Shown here: piece by piece, positions 60,976-64,000 of the stretch
Layout: each line of letters starts with the position of its first letter
How positions within the stretch are numbered: position 1 is the first letter of the stretch
From: Pseudomonadota bacterium
GTDB taxonomy: Bacteria > Pseudomonadota > Gammaproteobacteria > Burkholderiales > Thiobacillaceae
Direction of reading: 5' to 3'
DNA length: 64,000 bases
NCBI GenBank assembly: GCA_021783275.1
Contig: JAJXUA010000001.1
Span: 1,365 to 65,364 of the forward strand
The notes under the pieces: generated by a model
The model's database searches: none
Told to the model about the DNA's origin: nothing
What the model saw: only the letters and a program-made list of their open reading frames with translations
Made by a program: the position numbers and the translations under genes

Positions 60976-61773
60976 TTGACTGACGCGCCGGCGGTTTCCG
61001 CGCCGCGCTTGCGGGTTTTTATCACAGGCGCAAGCTCCGGTCTGGGGGCGGCGCTGGCGCATCACTACGGCACGCTCGGGGCGCAGCTCGGGCTGGTGGG
61101 GCGCAACGCCGACGCCCTGCAACGCAGCGCCACCGGACTCGACGCGCAGTGCTATCTGGCCGATGTACGGGACGCCACGGCCATGCGTTACGCCGCCGAT
61201 GCCTTTTTGCGCGATGTCGGCACGCCTGATATCGTCATCGCCGCCGCCGGAATCAGCGTCGGCACGCTCACCGAAGAAGCCGACGACCTCGCCGTGTTTC
61301 GAGCCGTCATGGACGCCAATGTGCTGGGGCTGGTGCACACCTTTCATCCGTTTATCGCCGCCATGCAAACCCCTGCCGGACAAACCGGCGGCGTGCTGTG
61401 TGGTATTTCGAGTGTGGCCGGAGTGCGCGGATTGCCCGGTGGCGGCGCTTATTCCGCGTCCAAGGCTGCGGCGGCGGTGTACCTCGAAGCGCTGCGTCTG
61501 GAACTGAAAGCGCGCAACATTGCCGTAGTCGATGTCGCACCGGGTTATATCGACACCCCGATGACCCGCGTGAACCCTTATGCCATGCCATTCAAAATGA
61601 CTGCGGCCGTTGCTGCGCGCAAAATTGCCCACGCTATTTCACGCCGTCGTGCCCGTACCGTCATCCCGTGGCAAATGGCCTGGGTGGCACGCGTACTGAA
61701 ATGGCTGCCGATTCCGGTTTATGATGCGTTATTCGAGCGGGTGCCGCGCAAACCGCGCAGCCTGCCAACCTGA
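60976..61773 (+). CDS. SDR family oxidoreductase
   Basis: TGASSGLG, SSVAG, YSASK, PGYIDT. Confidence 0.92.
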   Translation: MTDAPAVSAPRLRVFITGASSGLGAALAHHYGTLGAQLGLVGRNADALQRSATGLDAQCYLADVRDATAMRYAADAFLRDVGTPDIVIAAAGISVGTLTEEADDLAVFRAVMDANVLGLVHTFHPFIAAMQTPAGQTGGVLCGISSVAGVRGLPGGGAYSASKAAAAVYLEALRLELKARNIAVVDVAPGYIDTPMTRVNPYAMPFKMTAAVAARKIAHAISRRRARTVIPWQMAWVARVLKWLPIPVYDALFERVPRKPRSLPT

Positions 61774-61798
61774 ACTCTCTTAAAATCGCGGAGCTGTG

Positions 61799-62431
61799 AT
61801 GCCTACACCCCTGAGCCTCATCCTCATCGACGATCATCCCCTCCTGCGTTTGGGCGTGGCCGGTTACATCGAGAGTGAAACCGACCTGAAGCTGACCGCA
61901 CAAATGGCGAACGCGGCCGAGTTGCGCACCTGGCTGGCCGCTGGCAACCACGCCGATGCCGCCCTGCTGGATCGTTCACTGCCGGATGCCGACGGCCTCG
62001 ATCTTGTCTCGGATCTGCGCGACCAGGGCATCAAGGTCATCATGCTCACCATCGCCGATTCCGACGAAGAAATCTCCGAAGCCATTTCCTCGGGTGTGGA
62101 CGGTTATGTCGTGAAATCCAGCGATCCCGAGCAGGTGCTCACCGCCATACGCAGCGTATGCGAAGGCCAAAGCAGCTTTCCTCTCAGCATCATGCAGAAA
62201 ATGGCGCGCGGCGAACTCAATCACCACGCGCTTTCCGCATTGACCGCCCGCGAAATGGAAATCGTCAGCCACGTCAAGGAAGGCCTGTCCAACAAAGCCA
62301 TCGCGTTCAAGATGACGCTGTCAGAAAACACCGTGCGCAACCATCTGCGCAACATCATGGAAAAACTCGGGCTGCGTAACCGGGTGCAGGTGGCGACGCT
62401 GGCGCTGAAAGAAGACCACAAGCGGCATTGA
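61799..62431 (+). CDS. NarL/LuxR-family response regulator with no adjacent kinase
   Basis: IDDHPLLR receiver; LTAREMEI...GLSNK.IA....SENTV..H..NI..KL. Confidence 0.92.
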   Translation: MPTPLSLILIDDHPLLRLGVAGYIESETDLKLTAQMANAAELRTWLAAGNHADAALLDRSLPDADGLDLVSDLRDQGIKVIMLTIADSDEEISEAISSGVDGYVVKSSDPEQVLTAIRSVCEGQSSFPLSIMQKMARGELNHHALSALTAREMEIVSHVKEGLSNKAIAFKMTLSENTVRNHLRNIMEKLGLRNRVQVATLALKEDHKRH

Positions 62432-62448
62432 GGCAGGCCAGGCGTGCC

Positions 62449-62480
62449 AAAAAATAGCGGCTTCAAGCCGCTATTTTTAT
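62449..62480. terminator. Bidirectional terminator between convergent genes
   Basis: AAAAATAGCGGCTT-C-AAGCCGCTATTTTT inverted repeat. Confidence 0.85.
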
Positions 62481-62501
62481 TTCCACTAGGATGCTGTTGT
62501 C

Positions 62502-64000
62502 CTATTCCACCGTCACCGACTTGGCCAGATTGCGCGGTTTGTCCACGTCCGTCCCCTTTTGCAGCGCGGCATGATACGACAGCAGCTGCAATGGCAGGGT
62601 GTGAAGGATGGGCGATAGCGCACCGTTGTGACCGCCGGGCAATTTGATGACATGAACGAATTCGGATTCTTCGATATGCACGTCGCCATCGGCAAACACG
62701 TACAGCTCGCCACCGCGCGCGCGCACTTCCTGCAGGTTGGATTTCAGTTTTTCGATCAGCTGATCATTGGGCGCAATGGTGATGACCGGCATGTCTTCAT
62801 CGACCAGCGCCAGCGGGCCGTGCTTGAGTTCGCCAGCCGGGTAGGCTTCGGCATGGATATAGGAAATTTCCTTGAGCTTCAAGGCACCTTCGAGCGCGAT
62901 GGGGTAATGCACACCGCGCCCAAGGAAGAGCGCGTGGTGCTTGTTGGCAAAGCGCTGCGACCAGGCTTCGACCTGCGGTTCGAGCGCCAGCACCTGCTGG
63001 GCCAGGGTGGGTAGATGCCGCAACGCGGCCAGATGCGCTTTTTCCTGTTCGACGCTCAAACGACCACGCAATTTGGCCAGCACCAGGGTCAGGAGGAACA
63101 GGCCGGCAAGCTGGGTGGTAAACGCCTTGGTCGAGGCCACACCGATTTCCGGACCAGCGCGGGTCAGGAACTTGAGGCGCGAAGCGCGAGTGAGCGCTGA
63201 CTCGGGCACGTTGCAGATGGTCAGCGTCTTGTCCTGGCCCAGCGATTTGGCGTGGTTGAGTGCGGCCAGGGTATCGGCGGTTTCGCCCGACTGCGAGATG
63301 GTGACGACCAGCGCATCCGGATTGGGAACGCTGGTGCGGTAGCGGTACTCGCTGGCGATTTCGGCACGCGCGGGAATACCGGCAATTTCTTCCAGCCAGT
63401 AGGTGGCCACTTTCGCGGCATGGAAGCTGGTGCCGCAGGCGAGGAAGGTCACGGCGTTGACCTGGTTCAGTATGTCCGCCGCATCAAAACCAAACCATTC
63501 AGGCTGGATATGATCCTGCGCCACCGCGATCAGCAGCGTGTCAGCCAGCGCACGCGGCTGTTCGTGGATTTCCTTTTGCATGAAATGGCGGTAATTGCCG
63601 AGCTCGGCCATGTCGGCGGACAGTTCCGAGACGTGAATATCGCGGTCGGTTTTGCGCCCTGCGGCGTCATAGACCGCCACGGTCAGCAGGCCGATATCGG
63701 CGACATCGCCTTCTTCCAGATAAATCACCCGCTGCGTCACCGGCAGCAGGGCGGACACATCAGACGCAATGAAATTTTCCTCGATACCCAAGCCGATCAA
63801 GAGCGGGCTGCCCTTGCGCGCGCAGATCAGGCGATGCGGGGCGTCTTCGCTGACCACGCCAATGGCATACGCGCCCTGGAGTTCGGCCACGGCAGCCTGG
63901 GTGGCGGCGAGTAGGTCTTTCGACTGGCGGTAATGGTGTTCCAGCAGATGCACAATCACTTCGGTATCGGTTTCCGAGGTAAAGACAAACCCCGCCGCCT
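62502..64000 (-). CDS. glmS: Glutamine--fructose-6-phosphate transaminase (5' end outside the window)
   Basis: [54 protein letters not shown]. Confidence 0.98.
   Translation of the reverse strand, partial: AAGFVFTSETDTEVIVHLLEHHYRQSKDLLAATQAAVAELQGAYAIGVVSEDAPHRLICARKGSPLLIGLGIEENFIASDVSALLPVTQRVIYLEEGDVADIGLLTVAVYDAAGRKTDRDIHVSELSADMAELGNYRHFMQKEIHEQPRALADTLLIAVAQDHIQPEWFGFDAADILNQVNAVTFLACGTSFHAAKVATYWLEEIAGIPARAEIASEYRYRTSVPNPDALVVTISQSGETADTLAALNHAKSLGQDKTLTICNVPESALTRASRLKFLTRAGPEIGVASTKAFTTQLAGLFLLTLVLAKLRGRLSVEQEKAHLAALRHLPTLAQQVLALEPQVEAWSQRFANKHHALFLGRGVHYPIALEGALKLKEISYIHAEAYPAGELKHGPLALVDEDMPVITIAPNDQLIEKLKSNLQEVRARGGELYVFADGDVHIEESEFVHVIKLPGGHNGALSPILHTLPLQLLSYHAALQKGTDVDKPRNLAKSVTVE

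Overview
GC-rich betaproteobacterial chromosome segment. Gene content (TsdA/TsdB cytochromes, SoxB-like and DsrE proteins, hemE-priA-argS-SPOR-dsbA) suggests a Thiobacillus-like sulfur oxidiser; this is inference. In order: cobalamin riboswitch-btuB-cobO-GT4; zapB-like/zapA/6S RNA/ygfA; a liv ABC operon interrupted by an RHH-ParE toxin-antitoxin pair; an ~11.9 kb minus-strand sulfur cluster (tsdB-like, three tandem tsdA paralogues, SulP, secreted DsrE, atypical SoxB-like hydrolase followed by three extra copies of its own 3' end, and an MMPL/RND-LolA-like-beta-barrel trio); a 925-aa IlvD-hexose-6-phosphate mutarotase fusion; lgt; tRNA-Ala(CGC) carrying a ~10.2 kb integrated element (P4-type integrase, AlpA, P2 gpA-like Rep with a P2-like origin, a DUF4747-like plus membrane-protein pair, type III R-M, no virion genes); gltB-TA-gltD; a GlrK/QseG/GlrR-type system with a predicted sigma54 target promoter; hemE, a DnaA-box cluster, priA, argS, dsbA and the 3' part of glmS. 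Best candidates for undescribed systems: the triple-TsdA/SoxB-like/exporter sulfur operon, and the minimal rolling-circle island with its uncharacterised two-gene cargo. All assignments come from motifs read by eye; no searches were run.
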